Positions 44,501 to 56,286 of a stretch of 64,000 bases of DNA are shown here, piece after piece (the stretch's first letter is position 1; each line of letters opens with the position of its first letter). The notes under the pieces were generated by a model, which was not told the DNA's origin, searched no databases, and worked only from the letters and a program-made list of their open reading frames with translations. The translations under genes and the position numbers were made by a program. This DNA comes from an uncultured Chloroflexia bacterium. Its GTDB lineage: Bacteria; Chloroflexota; Anaerolineae; CG2-30-64-16. Where the stretch lies: contig CAVZDU010000002.1 in NCBI GenBank assembly GCA_963774265.1, positions 845,552 through 909,551 of the forward strand, given 5' to 3'.

Positions 44501-44901
44501 AGGAAGAGCTTGACGACCACCTTCTTGGCTCGGATTTGGGCGGCCAGCCGGCGCAGACCAGCCTCGTCCTCATTGGTCGGCGCGCCGATGGTCAACTGCT
44601 GGCGAAACTCCTCCGCCAGCTTCTTCTTCAGGCGCAGCGCCGTCTGGTTGTCGATGCCCGGCTCATCGTCTGCCAGGCTCAGCACCGCGCGCAACTCGTC
44701 TTGGGGCGCTTGCTGCATGCCGACCAGCAGACGACACGTGTGCCCATCGCCGCCCGGCCACGGCTCGACCAGCGGCGCTAGCTCTCGCCAGCCTCGCAGA
44801 TTGAAGTACCCTACGCAGAAGTCGGCCCGGGTCGCGAGTTGGATCGTTTCCTGAAGAGCCGGTAGAAGATGTTGTTCGATGTTGTCGATAATGCGCGGCA
44901 T
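41506..44901 (-). CDS. PLD-nuclease-SNF2 helicase fusion (frameshifted)
   Basis: N-terminal VGYF, LHAKLY, GSSNLT (PLD); [41 protein letters not shown]. Confidence 0.9.
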
Positions 44902-45283
44902 GCTGCAGGCCTCGAAATACCAAGGTCAAATAAGGCAGAAAGCCGCCCGCGGTTTGACCCAAGGCGGCCTTCAGAGTAGGATCTTTCTGTCAGGGCACCC
45001 CTTGCTCTGGTCGGCCCCGGTGGTGTCGTCTGTTGACGTCCAGACTGCCGGGGCTTTAGTTTTCTATCGATGTTACGCTCTGGGGACTGAGTATAGCACA
45101 GGCGCGCATTGTGCCGCAAGGTGCAAAACTCAACGGAGATGGCAACGAGGACCAAACCAATGAGGTCTTCATCGATGAAAAACGAGAGGTTGCAGTTACT
45201 TTCCTAACAGCAAAGAAATGGAATTCCGCCGCTTCGACTGATTCACCCGGGACATCTTCACCTATACCGGGTCCGTTCCAGTG

Positions 45284-45345
45284 GTTTGTACTACTTTTTG
45301 TACAAGTTCTGGTCGGGGCTCATGAGCGGTGAATTCGCGTATGAT
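45284..45345 (+). promoter_or_regulatory. TTGTAC direct-repeat promoter, copy 1
   Basis: 28/34 identity to the minus strand of 56315-56348; the same 22 bp spacing to TATGAT. Confidence 0.6.
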
Positions 45346-45392
45346 GGCATCAGATCGGCGAAACGATACACAGGCCGATCGCAGGAGGAAAA

Positions 45393-45650
45393 ATGCAGTT
45401 CAAGTCCCGGTTCGTTCGTGGTCTTCCGCGTCTCGCGCTGTTGGCCGGCCTTCTCTTGCCGCTCAAGCCGGCGCCCCCGGCACTTCATGGAGGGGCAGCT
45501 CGCCCCCGTCTCCGGCGAGTTGATGGCATCGAAGGACTGCACGGCCTAACTCACGGCCGTGCAGTCCTGAGCGACACGACCCACGTGCGGACGGCCTGCA
45601 TGACCCGTGCAGGCCGTCCGCACGTGTTATGGCACGGATGCCGGCGGTAA
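45393..45650 (+). pseudogene. Probable remnant of a secreted-protein gene
   Basis: AGGAGG RBS and signal-like MQFKSRFVRGLPRLALLAGLLLPL, then nothing recognisable. Confidence 0.4.
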
Positions 45651-48600
45651 AGCCCGCACATACTCCAGGGCCATGAAGCTGGGCGTTTCCACATCGCCCT
45701 CCGCGGTGTTGACAAGCGCCGCCACCAGGACCTTGGTGCCCTGGATGCCCGCAAAGAAGGCGTGATAGGCTTCAGCGTCACCTCCCATGCCGAAGCTGCC
45801 CGGCGGCAGGCTCTCCGATCGTTGCCCCGCCGAGGCCCCAGAGCAGCCCGCTTCCGGCTTCCTTTGCCAGGGGCGTCGCCATCTCAGCCAGCGTCTCTTT
45901 CGATACCAGCACGCCGTCGAAGAGCGCGCCGGCAAAGGTCAACAGGTCCGAAACGCTGCTCACAACGCCGCCGTTCGCCCAGGCCGTAGAGGTGCTCGGA
46001 TAATTCGGCACTTCCAGGACGCTGATGTAGCCTTTCGCGGTCTTGAAATAGCCCAGCACCAGGGTCTCCCGAATGCCCTTGTCGCTCACGAAGGCAGTGT
46101 GCTTGAGATGTAAGGGTTCGATGATGCGCGACCGCACCGCCTGCTCCCAGCTGTTTCCCGTGATCTCTTCGATGATCATTCCCAACACGAAGTAATTGGT
46201 GTCTGCATAGTGGGCGTTTTTTGTGCCGGGTTTATCCACAGGACCCAGCCGGTTGGCTTCGGCCACCGCGTCCATCGGCGGGAATTCATGAGACCACCTG
46301 GGATCGTTCTCCGTTGTGATGAAGTCGGCCAGCCCACTCGTGTGGGAAAGCAACATGCGTACGGTGATCTTGTCTCCATTGGGCTGGTCCGGGAACCACC
46401 TGTCGATCGTGTCATCCAGGGAGAGCTTGCCCTCCTTCACCAGCTGCATAATGACCACGGCCGTATAGGTCTTGGTGACACTCGCCAGCATGGAGACCGT
46501 ATCGGGGGTCCACAGGGTTTTCTTTTCGGGATCGATAGTGCCGGAAACCCCGCTGACGACCGTGCCATCCGCCAGGCGGACGGCCATGGCCATGCCCAGG
46601 ATGCCTTGCTTCTGCACCTGGTCGTCGAGGAGCCCTTGCAGGGCTTCACCCACATTGCCCTGCGAAGGAGCGGCATTGGACGGCGCCGGCGCCTGAGCGG
46701 TCTGTGGTTGAGAACGCGCATACTCCAGAGCCATCAGGCTGGGGCCGATGACATCGCCCTCGTCGGTGTTGACGAGCGCCGCCACCACGTACTGGGTGTC
46801 CTGGATGCCGGCGAAGAAGGCGTGATAGCCCGGGATGTCACCGCCCATGCCGAAGGAGCCGGGAATCGTCTCGAGCGATGCGCCGCCCAGGCCCCAGACC
46901 AACCCGCTTTCGACTTCCTTTTCCACAGGCGTCGCCATCTCGGCCAGCGTCTTTTTGGATACGAGCCCGCCGTCGAAGAGCGCGGTGGCAAAGGTCATCA
47001 AGTCCGAGAGCGTGCTCACGACCGCGCCGGCCGCCCAGGAAGTCGAGAGGTGCGGATAGTTCGGGATGTCCAGCGAGCTGATGTAGCCATTCGGCGTCTT
47101 GGCGTAGCCCATCACCATGGCGTCCGCCCCGACACCCTTTTCGCTCAGGAAGGTGGTGTGCTGAAGATGGAGGGGTTCGATGATGCGCGAGCGAACCGCC
47201 TGCTCCCAGCTCGTTCCGGTGATCGTTTCGATGATCAATCCGAGCACGAATGTAATCCGGTGTTTGAGTAGTGAGCAGACTTGCCCGGCTGGTCGACAGC
47301 ACCCATGCCGGTTGGCCTCGGCCACCAGGTCGCAGCGGCGCCCACGCGTGACCCCATTTGGGATCCATGTGGTTGTTGGCGTTGATGTAGTTGGCCAGCC
47401 CGCTGGTGTGGGAAAGCAACATGCGCACGGTGATCTTGTCTCCATTGGGCTGGTCCGGGAACCACTTGTCGATCGTGTCGTCCAGGGACAGCTTCCCCTC
47501 CTGAACGAGTTGCATGATGACCACGGCTGTAAACGACTTGGTGACGCTGCCAACTGCGGTAACCGTGTCGGGGGTCCACTGGTTTTTCTTTTCAGGTTCG
47601 AGATAGCCGGAACTCCTCCAGACGACGGTGCCATCTGCCAGCCGGACGGCCATGGCCATGCCCAGGATGCCTTGCTTCTTCACCTGGTCGTCGAGGAGCC
47701 CTTGCAGGGCCGCACCGGCCACGGCCTGTTCAGCAGGTAACGGGTACCGGCATCGTGTATCCCGGCACCAGCACCTCCAGGACGCGCGGCATGAGCTGGC
47801 TAAAGCCGGATGCCGCATCGTTCATGTTCACAGCCCCCGAGATCGTGATTTGCTGCTTCGGAAAGTGGAAGACAAAACTCGAATAGCCGCCCTCGGTGTC
47901 ACCGCTGTGGCCGATCGCCGCCAGATCCGGCCCAAAAGAAGCCTTCTGCAGGCCAAGTCCGTAATCGGTCAGGATCACGCTCATGGGGTGGTTCGGCGCG
48001 AACTTGACCCAATGTGAGCATTTGGTCCAGCGTCCCGGCCTTCTTGAAGAGCTTGCCGGCCATCAGGGCATCCATGAAGCGGGCCAGGTCCGGGGCATTC
48101 GTGATCAGCGACTGCCCGCCGGCCGCGCCCACGACCGACGCGGTGACCAGCTCGGTGGCGTCGAAGGGTCCGTTGCCGAAGTCGGCGTAGCCGTGCACGT
48201 GATCGCCTGGGACGGTGCGATTCCTCGGGCGCGGGCAGGAAGGTGTCCTTCAGTCCGAGAGGCTCGAAGATGCGCCGGCGCAGCTCCTCGCGCCACGTCC
48301 GGCCGGTGGCCTTGTCGATGATCATGCCCAGCAAGAGATAGTCCGTGTTTGAGTAGTACTGCGCCGCGCCGGGCGCGAACATCGGCTTCTGGGCCGCGGC
48401 GAAGTCGAGGAGCTCCTCGACCTGTCCACACCTTTGTCAGGATGGGCGATGAGCTGGGGTCCCGCCGTCGTCCATGAAGTCGGCCAGCCCGCTGGTGTGG
48501 TTTAGCAACATGCGGACGGTTATCCGGTCGGCATACGGGAACTTGCCGGTGACCTCGGCGGGCAGCAGCGCGGTGATCGGGTCATCCAGGCCGAAGCGCC

Positions 48601-49648
48601 CCTCCTCGACCAACTGCAGCACCACGGCCGAGATGAAGGGCTTGGTCAGGCTGCCCGCGCGGAACCGGTCGTTCGGCCGCATGGGGGTCTTGGTTTCCAC
48701 GACGCCGAGGCCGGCCGCGCCGCTCCAGTCGCCCAGACCGGGCGCGCGCACGTACAGGAGCGCGCCGGGCCACTTGGTGTCGGGGCTGGCCACTGCGGCC
48801 TCAAGGGCCGCCTGCAGCTTCTTCCCGAGCTCCTGGTTCAAGAGCTTTGGAGCGGCAACTGCTGAGGCGGGTTGGTCCTGCCCCTGCTGGGGCTGCGGCG
48901 CTGTCGTCGCGGCTGCCCCAGCTTCTTCCAGAGTTATCATGCCGACACCGACCTTAAGGTCGACCTGCAACGTCACCTTAGACGAGCCATAGGCAGCGTT
49001 GGTATACGCGCCTCCATCGTTCGTCAGCCCTGCGGCCCGAACCGTATGCGGTCCGTCCTCGACCTTGATCCGGGCGCCAACGTCCCTGGGCAGCCGCAAC
49101 GTGATGTCAGCTGCGCCGGCATCGACGGTAGCGTCCAGGTTACGCGCCCAGTCGCCGCTCAGGTCGATGGTGTATTGGCCCGCGCCCAGGTTGACGTCGA
49201 GCCCGGTCAACGACAGGCCGGTCAGTTGCAGATCGCTGACCCCAGCGCCCACATCCACACTCAGATCCATGGGCACTCCGTCGTAGAGGCGCAGGTTCCA
49301 CTCGTTGCGGAAGTTCGTCACGCTTCGCACGTTTGGGAAGCCGCTCGTCTCGGGCTGCCGAACGACGAGCGTGCCATTCGTGTACTGCACCTCTGGCTTG
49401 AGTTTGGCGACGTTGTAGGCGAAGTCGGCCTCCAGCAGCTTTTCCGCGCCACCTTTCACCTTCAGCTCGCCAGCGCCCATGTCGAGCTCGACACGCACCG
49501 ATTTGGCGTCTCCCAGCTCGACCGAGCGGGACTCGGTCTGCAACGCGCCCACGATGACCTCGGGAGCGCAGCCCGCGAGCAGCAGCCCGCCAAGAAGCAC
49601 GAGGGCGAGCGAAGCAGCCTTCCACAACCCGACGTTTCGCTTGTTCAT
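45627..49648 (-). CDS. Lipoprotein: DUF2154/toast-rack-like N-domain plus three tandem beta-lactamase-family serine hydrolase domains (frameshifted)
   Basis: Lipobox LAGC; SxxK in GSLTK, GSVTK, ASVTK; LL.HTSGL three times; YSNT, YSNT, YADT. Confidence 0.8.
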
Positions 49649-49713
49649 TTCCAACTCCTCCGGTCGTATTAGCCGACCAATTCTGCCGGTCACCAACCCC
49701 GGGCTGACAGCAC

Positions 49714-49962
49714 TCACGTGGATTGGATGATCTGAAATTGCTGGATCGTTATGCCCAGCCCGTGCAGCCTGCGCACCAGCCCGACGATGCCCGCTTGATC
49801 GGTGTTCACATCGAGCACGGTGACTTCGTCCAACTGTCTGGCCTCATCGACGATGATCTCCGCCGAACCGCCGAAGCCTTGCAGCCACTCCACGTCGACT
49901 CGGCCACGGATCTCAATCCGGTAATGTGTCGTTGGATCGAAGATGGGTTTTGCTTCATTCAT
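49714..49962 (-). CDS. Small LAL-associated protein (divergent homolog)
   Basis: YRIEIRGRV...W...F...T.L....DQAGIVGLVRRLHGLG pattern; GGAGG RBS. Confidence 0.75.
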   Translation of the reverse strand: MNEAKPIFDPTTHYRIEIRGRVDVEWLQGFGGSAEIIVDEARQLDEVTVLDVNTDQAGIVGLVRRLHGLGITIQQFQIIQST

Positions 49963-50011
49963 GGCTTGCCGCGTTCCTCCCATCCCCTCATCTGGTTTCA
50001 CTTTCGATAGC

Positions 50012-50080
50012 AGTCTATCGGAGCAGACAAAAAAAGGAACCACATAACCATGTGGTTCCTCGAGAGATAAATATGTGGTT
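50012..50080 (-). promoter_or_regulatory. AACCACAT-type operator/promoter downstream of LAL4
   Basis: AACCACAT direct copy, perfect GGAACCACAT-N4-ATGTGGTTCC palindrome (50036-50059), -10-like TAGACT at 50017-50012. Confidence 0.65.
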
Positions 50081-50093
50081 TTTTCCGTCGCCG

Positions 50094-52829
50094 TCAGATA
50101 AAATTCATCTCGCGGGCTGTCTCGATCGCCTGCGCCCGCTTGTTGACCTGCAGCTTACTGTAGATGTTCTTGACGTGAAACTGGACCGTGTTCAGGCTGA
50201 GGAAGAGCTGCTGGCCGATCGCTTCATACGTCAGCCCCCTGGCCAGGCAACGCAGTACTTCGAGCTCGCGCTCGCTCAACAGCGTCTCGTGCCTGCCTCC
50301 GGTTTCGGGTCGCACCGGTTCGCAGGTCATCGCTTCCGTGAGACGGTCGGCATATGCCATAAGGGTTTCGTGTGCCAGCCGGGGCCTGAGCTCGGCCAGC
50401 AGGGCTTTTAGGAGGTCGCATTCATCCACAAAGATGCGGAAAAGCCCCGTGGGTGCGGCTGTGGTCAACGCCGCCTCGAGCATTTTCAGCGCTTCATGCT
50501 TCTTCCCCGCAGCCTGGTAGAGCAAGGCCCTGGCGATGGCGATTTCCACGACCGGGCCGGTGAAATCATGGGCCGCGGCGAAATCGTGCTGGCGCTCCAG
50601 GTAAGCATGAACGTCCTGCAGCGGGGTTGCGCCGGGCTGCCCTTTTGCCAGGCGCGCCAGCACATGGGCTGCGCGGAGATAGCTCTCGAAGTGGGCCATG
50701 CTCATGGGGACCACGCTGTGGATCACGGCCAGCTTGCCGTACTCGATCCCTGACTGGGCCAACCAGGCCCGGGCATCCTTCGACACGTTCGGATCGGTGG
50801 GCCAATGACGCATCAACAGGTGGTGGCGCAAAGCCTGGGCATAGAGCGCGCCTTCGGGCCAGGCCTCTTCGAGGGTCTTCACCGCTTCCAGCATGGCCGG
50901 CCGGTCCCCCTGGATGGCGCGCAAGCGGGCCAGCGCGGTATAGCCGGTATAGTGCGCCTCATAGTCCCCGGTCCAGCGGATCAAATCGAGCCCTTCCAGC
51001 AAGACCGGTTCGGCTTCTGCCAGGCAGTTGTATTCCAGGAGGATGCTGCCCTTCAGGATGCTAAGCCCCCCGATCGGCGGGAAATGCTGACCGGCCCGGA
51101 TTTTGTGGAAGCGTTCGATGTAGGCGTCACATAGGTGCAGGGCTTCGTTCAAGCGTCCCGCCAGCAGGGCGATCAGGACCAGGTTGATCGGCCCGTAGAT
51201 GGCGGCGTAGAGATTGCCTCCGGCCAAACCGTCCTCCAGGGTTTGTCTGTAGGCGAGCTCGGCAGCCTGAGTATCCGCCAGCACCAGGTAACCGTAGCCG
51301 ATGTTCAGGCCGTTGACGCTGCGAATCGCCCTTTCCCCCTCCGGCAAGAGCCGCAGGGCTTCCCGGGAGAGAGCGATCAGCGGTTCCGGTCTTTCGCCGA
51401 TCAGCGCGGGCGATCGCAGCAAATAAGCCCGAATGGTGGCCGCGTGTCCGGCGACCAGGGCGCGCAGCGCTTCCCCCGCGTTCACCATCTCCAGGGCACG
51501 GTCCGCGGCCTGTAGCGCCCGGTCCACCTCGTCCCTGCGCGTGCCGCGTTTCATCAGGACCAACGCCCAGGCCTTGTAGATGCACAACATGGGGGCAGCC
51601 TGCTCGACCGCCTCAGGCAGCCTGTCGAACCAGCTCAGGACCACGGTGACCCGACCTTGATACAACTCCAGGAGGGCGTTTCGCTCGATCAGGTCCGCGG
51701 CTCGGGTCAGATCGCTGTCCTGCAGCGCGTGATCGATTGCGGTGTGGATTTGTCCATGTTCCTCGTACCAGCGGCTGGCGCGGCGGTGAAGCACGGGGAT
51801 GAGCCCGGGCTGGGAGCGGGACAACTGGTTGCGCAGCAAGTCGGAGAAAAGATGGTGATAGCGGTACCAATGGCGTTCTTCGTCCAGGGGGATGAGGAAG
51901 AGGTTCGCGGCGTCCAGCTTGGCCAACAGCGTGCCGCTATCAGTCCGCCCGGTGAGCGCGTCGCACAGCGGCCCGCTGAGGCGATTGAGAACCGCGGTTT
52001 GCAGCAGGAACGCGCGGGTATCTTCGGGCTGCTGCCGGATCACCTCGTCGGTCAGGTAGTCCAATATGTGGCGGTTGCTGCCGGAGAAATCGGCGATGAA
52101 AGACGGCAGGTCGGCCCGTTTTTGCATCGACAGCGCGGCAAGTTGCAGGCCCACCGCCCAGCCTTCGGTGCGATCCTCCAAGGCAGCGACATCCTGCTCG
52201 GAAAGCGTCAATCCCATGACGCTCCCCAGGAACGCTTTGGTCTCTCCCCGGGTAAAGCGCAGATCCCCGGCGCGGATTTCGGTGAGCCGGTCCTGGGCTC
52301 TTAGCCGCGACAAGGGCAGGTCGGGGTCTTCGCGTGTCGTGAGCACCAGGTGGAGCTGCGGAGGCAGGTGATCGAGCAAGAATCCCATCACCTGCAGAAC
52401 AGGGGGGTTATGGAGCAGGTGAAAATCGTCCAGCACCAGGATGAGCGGATCTGTTCGGGCGGCAATCTCGTTGAGCAAGCCCGCCAGCACCTTCTCAATG
52501 GCAGGAAGCTGTGGCGCCTGCAGGACGCCGAGCACCGATCCCCCGATTTCCTCGTCTGCCCCCTGGAATGCGGCTGCCAGGTGAGCCAGAAAGCGCGTCA
52601 GCTCGTTGTCGGCCTCGTCCAGGGACAGCCATGCCGCCGGAAGGCCGTTCTGGTTGAGCCAGTCGACCACCAGGGTGGTCTTGCCGAATCCCGCCGGCGC
52701 CGAGACCAGGGTCAGCTTGCGTTTTGCGGTCGGTCCCTCATTCAATAATTCGATCAGGCGGGGGCGTGGCACCAGGTTGGGACGGAGCGGAGGGATGAAT
52801 AGTTTGGAGGTTAACAGTTTTATGGCCAT
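50094..52829 (-). CDS. MalT-like LAL regulator 4 (intact, ~911 aa)
   Basis: [28 protein letters not shown] ...FLSLNTVQFHVKNIYSKL. Confidence 0.95.
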   Translation of the reverse strand: MAIKLLTSKLFIPPLRPNLVPRPRLIELLNEGPTAKRKLTLVSAPAGFGKTTLVVDWLNQNGLPAAWLSLDEADNELTRFLAHLAAAFQGADEEIGGSVLGVLQAPQLPAIEKVLAGLLNEIAARTDPLILVLDDFHLLHNPPVLQVMGFLLDHLPPQLHLVLTTREDPDLPLSRLRAQDRLTEIRAGDLRFTRGETKAFLGSVMGLTLSEQDVAALEDRTEGWAVGLQLAALSMQKRADLPSFIADFSGSNRHILDYLTDEVIRQQPEDTRAFLLQTAVLNRLSGPLCDALTGRTDSGTLLAKLDAANLFLIPLDEERHWYRYHHLFSDLLRNQLSRSQPGLIPVLHRRASRWYEEHGQIHTAIDHALQDSDLTRAADLIERNALLELYQGRVTVVLSWFDRLPEAVEQAAPMLCIYKAWALVLMKRGTRRDEVDRALQAADRALEMVNAGEALRALVAGHAATIRAYLLRSPALIGERPEPLIALSREALRLLPEGERAIRSVNGLNIGYGYLVLADTQAAELAYRQTLEDGLAGGNLYAAIYGPINLVLIALLAGRLNEALHLCDAYIERFHKIRAGQHFPPIGGLSILKGSILLEYNCLAEAEPVLLEGLDLIRWTGDYEAHYTGYTALARLRAIQGDRPAMLEAVKTLEEAWPEGALYAQALRHHLLMRHWPTDPNVSKDARAWLAQSGIEYGKLAVIHSVVPMSMAHFESYLRAAHVLARLAKGQPGATPLQDVHAYLERQHDFAAAHDFTGPVVEIAIARALLYQAAGKKHEALKMLEAALTTAAPTGLFRIFVDECDLLKALLAELRPRLAHETLMAYADRLTEAMTCEPVRPETGGRHETLLSERELEVLRCLARGLTYEAIGQQLFLSLNTVQFHVKNIYSKLQVNKRAQAIETAREMNFI

Positions 52830-53133
52830 AGGGAGCCCCCAACCAAATTGGTTCGCATCGCCGGCTGGACAGGAATTGGCCTCACTATACGTTAAAGCAC
52901 ACATTACTTCAAAAGTGTAGGTGAGATTACTGTTCAGCAATGGCCATGTAGTGGCAAAGGAGGCTTGCGTATCAATACGACAGTGCTGTCCCGTGTCCCC
53001 TGCAAACAGCATTGCCCCTTACGACGAAGACGTGTGCGTTGTGTTACATTAGCGCGCGTTGCATGTGCCGCGCTTCCTGCGGATCGATACGGTGATTGAG
53101 AAAACAAGGACAGGCAAGGTGCGGAGGATTGAC

Positions 53134-53934
53134 ATGACGAGGGCATCTGATGACTCGTGGATGACCGGCGCCGCGTATGAAGCATACATGGGCCGTTGGA
53201 GCCGCCAGCTTGCGCGGGTATTTGTCGAATGGCTGCATCCGAAATCCTTCGCTCACTGGCTTGAGATCGGATGCGGTACAGGAGCGCTCACGTCCGCGAT
53301 CTGCGATCTCTGCGAGCCAGCATCGGTTGTCGCCTGCGATCCGTCAGAGCCGTTCGTCGAGCACGCTCGGAGAAATCTTCCGGACGCCCGCGTATCGTTT
53401 GTTGTTGCCGGAGCCGACGCCCTTCCAAGCCGAGACGACGGATTCGACGCCGTCGTTGCAGGGCTCGTCCTGAACTTCCTGCCGGAGCCGGGACATGCAG
53501 TGGCGTCGATCCGCGAGCGCCTTCGTCCGGGAGGCACCGCCGGCGCTTACGTCTGGGATTACGCGGAAGGCATGGAGTTTCTGCGGTACTTCTGGGAAGA
53601 AGCGGTCGCCCTAGACCCGCGCGCAGCCGCCCTCGACGAAAGCCGGCGTTTCTCGCTCGCTCAGGCGCCGGCCCTGGTTTCACTCTTTCGCGCGGCTGGG
53701 CTTGCGCAAGTGGAAACTGCCCTGCTGGATATTCCGGCCGACTTCGAAGACTTCGATGACTTCTGGAAGCCGTTTCTCCGCGGGACTGGGCCGGCGCCAG
53801 GCTACGTTATGTCGCTGGATCTGGCAAGCCGCGAGTTGCTGAGAGAGCGGCTCAGGCAGCGCCTGCTCCCCGGAAGCGACGGGCGCATTCAACTTCGGGC
53901 GCGCGCGTGGGCGGTGCGTGGCCTCTCGAACTGA
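53134..53934 (+). CDS. Class I SAM-dependent methyltransferase
   Basis: AYEAYMGRWS, LEIGCGTG, FDAVV, LRPGG. Confidence 0.9.
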   Translation: MTRASDDSWMTGAAYEAYMGRWSRQLARVFVEWLHPKSFAHWLEIGCGTGALTSAICDLCEPASVVACDPSEPFVEHARRNLPDARVSFVVAGADALPSRDDGFDAVVAGLVLNFLPEPGHAVASIRERLRPGGTAGAYVWDYAEGMEFLRYFWEEAVALDPRAAALDESRRFSLAQAPALVSLFRAAGLAQVETALLDIPADFEDFDDFWKPFLRGTGPAPGYVMSLDLASRELLRERLRQRLLPGSDGRIQLRARAWAVRGLSN

Positions 53935-53993
53935 CGATCGTGATGATCGACTGCTTTCTTCCCTGTCCCGGTACAAAGCGTCACTGAGAACCG

Positions 53994-54019
53994 CCGCCCG
54001 GACGTTGACGTCCGGGCGG
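53994..54019. terminator. Hairpin between convergent genes
   Basis: CCGCCCGGACG-TTGA-CGTCCGGGCGG. Confidence 0.55.
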
Positions 54020-54024
54020 TCTGG

Positions 54025-56255
54025 TCAATGGGGGCCCATCAGGCCTGGCTCCCTAAACTCCTCCCCGATCTGCCACTCCTCCAGCGCGGCCGGAGAGACC
54101 GCCATGCCCGACAGGAAGCTGACCGACTGATAGAAATACGACTGCCCGTATGAGTCCGGGCCATCGAACACCCAGATAAGCCAGCCATATGGTTTGCCAA
54201 AGACCGCATCCCCCCACAGGCTTGTTGCGGTGAAGCTGCCAACGTTCCCCAGATCCGGGGTATACCAGTAAGCGTCCGTGTCCAAATCCGTAAACACAAT
54301 GCGATAGGTATCTCCTGCGATGCCTCGCTGTTGCCAGGTGAAGGTGACCGGCAGGGCTTCCGCTGCACCGGCTGGCGGCGACAGCAAGGAGACATTCGCG
54401 ATATCGAAGTCGCCGCCGGCCATTGTGCTGCCGCTCGTATACGCGGTGATACTTGGAGTCAGCCAGAACGCGACCCACAAAGGATTGTTGGGGGACCGGA
54501 AGCGCACCCAGTACTCCTGTCCGGAGCCCAGGCTCGCGGCTCCCATGAAGCGATAATGCCCCGCGCTATCGGTGGTGGTCGTCGCTAAGGTGGTAGTCTC
54601 CGACCCATCGTAGAAGCGCAGCTGCAACTCGATGCCTGATGCGGCCGCTCCCTGGTAGGTAACGCGACCGTTGATGCCGTCGTTCGACGGTGCCGCGGTG
54701 GCGGTCGCGGTGCGGTCGCGGTTGCAGTCGCGGTAGGAGTGCTGGCGGGCGTCCTCGTCGGCGGCGCCTGCGGAGCGGCTGACGAACCATTCAACACCAG
54801 CGGCAGGTAGACCCTTCTCGCGCCCGCAATGCGGGTGGCGGTCGGCGTGGGGGAAGCCGTCGCCGTAGGGGTGGCGGTCGGCGGGGGAGACGATGGGACC
54901 CGCCCCCAGGCAGGACGACCGGCATCGTCGGCGAGTTTGTGCAGGCCCGAGCCGTCGCGGTTCACGATCCACAGGCTGCTCGTCGGATCCCACACCTCCG
55001 CCACCCACTCGAAGACGATCTGCCGGCCGTCGGGCGAGATGCTGAGCCCGCGGGCGACCTGGTCGTCGGGGAGGTGCGTCACCTGGGTGATCTTTTGCGT
55101 CGCGAAGTTGTACTCGAAGATGTTGGTGAAGGTCCCAGGTCGACGGAGCGCTTGGTGAAGAGGAAACCGGACGCGTCGGGCAGCCATTCGATGTCGTACA
55201 CCTCCTCGGCGCCGTAGTAGGCGTTGATGGGCACCAGCATCGTGCCACCGGATGGGTCGGCCGCGGTGTTCAGGTAGATCCCCGCGACGTCCAGGTAGAT
55301 CGCGTCGTCCTTCGAGGCATAGAGATACTGATCGCTGTGCGCGGCAGTCGGGCTCCAGGCGACCAGGGTGGGCACTGCGTGCTGGACCACCGGGAGCGGC
55401 TGGCCGGTGGATGCCGTAGGGCGGGACTGGCGGGGATCTGCTTGATGCTGGAGAAGCTCCGCATGCCGTAGGCGAGCGCCGAGCCGTCGGCCTTCCAGGA
55501 GACCTTGCCGGCGCCGAACATGAGGGCGCCGGCCCCCGGTATGGTGAGGCTTCCTCCGAACACCGTCTGATCCGGCTGGACGTCCGCGTAGGGCGGATAC
55601 CCCTGCACACGGTCCTGCCCTGGGGCCGAGGTACATGCCGACTGCGGGCTGCAGAACGCCCGGCCCGAGATCGGCGACGTTGTCGAATCTCATCCTGCCG
55701 CTGCTCGGACAAACTTGACGCCCGGCGCGCCCTGCACGTAGACCTCTGCCAGGGGACCTGCGGAGTTGTTGACGTCTACCTCCACCGAGCCCTTTGGCAG
55801 GCCGGCGAGCGCGGCGCAGGCCGGCGAATTGGTGACGCGCCGGTAGCCCGCGCCGTCGTAGCCGATGGCGTAGACGTCACTCTCGTACAGGAGCACGCCT
55901 CCTCGTGCTCGCTGGAGAAAGCGAGCTCGCGGCCGTCGGGCCGCCAGGCGAGATCGTACGCCGGATAGGGGGCGAGCGGCTCGGGAGCGGTCCACAGCAC
56001 ACGGTCGCCGGTGCCGTCAGGCGAGATGACGTGGATGTCGTACGTCGAGCGCTGCACGTAGGCGATGGTCCCCGAGCCGCCGGCGGATGCAACGGTTTCC
56101 GGGTTGCCCTCGAAGCCAGGTGGATCGATGGGCACCGCGAAGGTGGGCAATGCGTTCATTGCCGCGAGCAGGCCGATAACAACGGCCAGCGCCGCGAGGT
56201 GCGCCGGCCGGCGCAGGGAGCCAAATGGCGAGTGTCTACCTCTCTGGGTGAACAT
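54025..56255 (-). CDS. Secreted TolB/PD40-like beta-propeller protein with Pro/Thr linker (heavily frameshifted)
   Basis: Signal peptide; WRPDGRELAF, WSP, ISPDGRQIVF repeats; VYLPLVL motif. Confidence 0.7.
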
Positions 56256-56286
56256 CTGAATCCTCCTGGGTGCAAGATCGATTTCG

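Noticed and set aside
35987-44901. Calling the island DISARM or BREX
   Set aside because: No DrmA/DrmB (DUF1998) or BrxC/PglZ; the PLD domain is fused to the SNF2 helicase.
45627-49648. Antibiotic-resistance beta-lactamase
   Set aside because: Motifs fit the broad serine hydrolase/D-peptidase family; the sequence does not support a resistance call.
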